A stretch of 64,000 nucleotides of DNA from Octopus sinensis (Eukaryota), in assembly GCF_006345805.1 (NCBI RefSeq), contig NC_043011.1:26486464-26550463 (forward strand), given 5' to 3'. The position numbers and the translations under genes are program-made. The notes beneath the pieces are model-generated. The model worked only from the letters and a program-made list of their open reading frames with translations, had not been told where the DNA came from and searched no databases. Shown one piece after another: positions 62,781-64,000 of the stretch; positions within the stretch are counted from its first letter, which is position 1, and each line of letters opens with the position of its first letter.

Positions 62781-64000
62781 TCACTTAACATACCATATTT
62801 TTTTAATACTGCAAGAATCAGCATCATCATCATTTAAAGTACATTTTTCAGACATTTTTAAGGTACATTTTTCAAACGAAATTTGTTGAGGCAGATTTTC
62901 TGCAGCTAGATGCCTTTCTTGTCACCAACCCTCACCTGTTTCCAAGCAAGGTGATATTTCTCCATAGTCAGATATATTCTTCATGGAAGGCTGAAAATAA
63001 ACAATATTGTTTGTATGACAGTGATACTCATTTACCACTATCATATTATGCCAAGACAAAGATACACACAAACACACACATACGGCAGTCTTCTTTCAGT
63101 TTTCATCTACCAAATCCACTCACAAGGCTTTTGTCAGTGCCAGGGCTATGGTGGAAAACACTTTCCCACGTTACCATGCAGTGGAACTGAACCTGAGACA
63201 ACACAGTTGAGAAGCAAGCTTCTTAAGCACATGCTTACACTTGCACCTATATTATCATATTATCATTATATTAAAGACATTAACATCCTACTTAATGATT
63301 CATGTTGGCAGTATACATTTCGTTTTGCGACACATACATTTATAAAGTTTGAAATATTCTTAATGAAAGGAAACAGCATTTGAACTCGATCAATTTTAGA
63401 ACTGCAGCTATCTCAAGAAAAACATAAACAAAAGAGAAACAAATAGAATATATACATGATAGTCATCATTTCATACATAGTTATATAATACTAATATATA
63501 TTGAATATGAGTAAAATTATTGAATATGGTATCACCTTAATACACTTCCGCCTTGTCCAAAAATTCCTCTTCTGGTAATTTTTTTTACTTAAGGCAGCAA
63601 CATGTGCTCTCTCATTCATTCACCTAGCAGCTATAATCCCGAGCACAGATAAGATAAGTTTGAATGCTTATTTTCACTTCTCGACCAATCATACATGTTT
63701 TTCTATCTGTTGTTATTTATCTATCTAACTATTGTATCTAATTTCTCCTCTATTAATTCTGCCTGACCAAGTCTCGCTCTATCATCTATTTTCAACCTTC
63801 CCGTATTCGCGGTGCACCCACCCTGCCCACCCCAACCACCAATACCGGATATCTCTATATTTTTGCTCCATCTATACCGGATGTCGCTTCTCCCACCACC
63901 ATTATAGGTGTCTACTCTTCGAACCCCCCTCCTCAATACGCTATTTCACCATGCATTACCCCTCTCTTGATATCCTACATTCTACTTGCCTAGAACCTGT

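Noticed and set aside
63530-63600. Possible further EIF2D exon
   Set aside because: The frame matching the required phase-1 junction contains a stop before the donor; the other frame has the wrong phase and no recognisable similarity.
63721-63936. 71-aa Gly-rich minus-strand ORF
   Set aside because: No recognisable motif; probably a repeat fragment.
1-64000. CRISPR arrays, operons and intact transposase or RT ORFs
   Set aside because: The sequence is eukaryotic; no spacer-separated array was found, and every RT or transposase segment seen is interrupted by stops or frameshifts.

Overview
AT-rich, repeat-dense eukaryotic genomic DNA. The SINE, LINE and MITE content looks like an octopus or other coleoid cephalopod; this is an inference from remembered repeat families, not from a search. 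Three spliced protein-coding genes were reconstructed by hand, with GT-AG introns and matching exon phases: (1) the 3' part of a small vWA-domain protein (+, 2515-7647); (2) a complete DnaJ subfamily A co-chaperone (DNAJA1-like, +, 5 coding exons, 30955-40089, 402 aa, C-terminal CASH CaaX box); (3) the 3' ten exons of EIF2D/ligatin (-, 62744-45558), convergent with DNAJA. There is also a decayed 5S rRNA copy, RTE- and CR1-type LINE relics, many tRNA-derived SINEs, piggyBac-, hAT- and Tigger-like MITEs, and microsatellites. The most interesting signal is a set of sequence-unrelated minimal type I hammerhead ribozyme (HHR) motifs in small, mostly (TA)n-associated repeat elements. They show three different pairings at the core 3:8 position (C3:G8, U3:A8, G3:C8). 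One sits in a 370-bp-period, retrozyme-like repeat whose second copy ends within 4 nt of the predicted cleavage site. Several long near-perfect foldback structures are also present. All structures were read by eye; no folding or database search was run.
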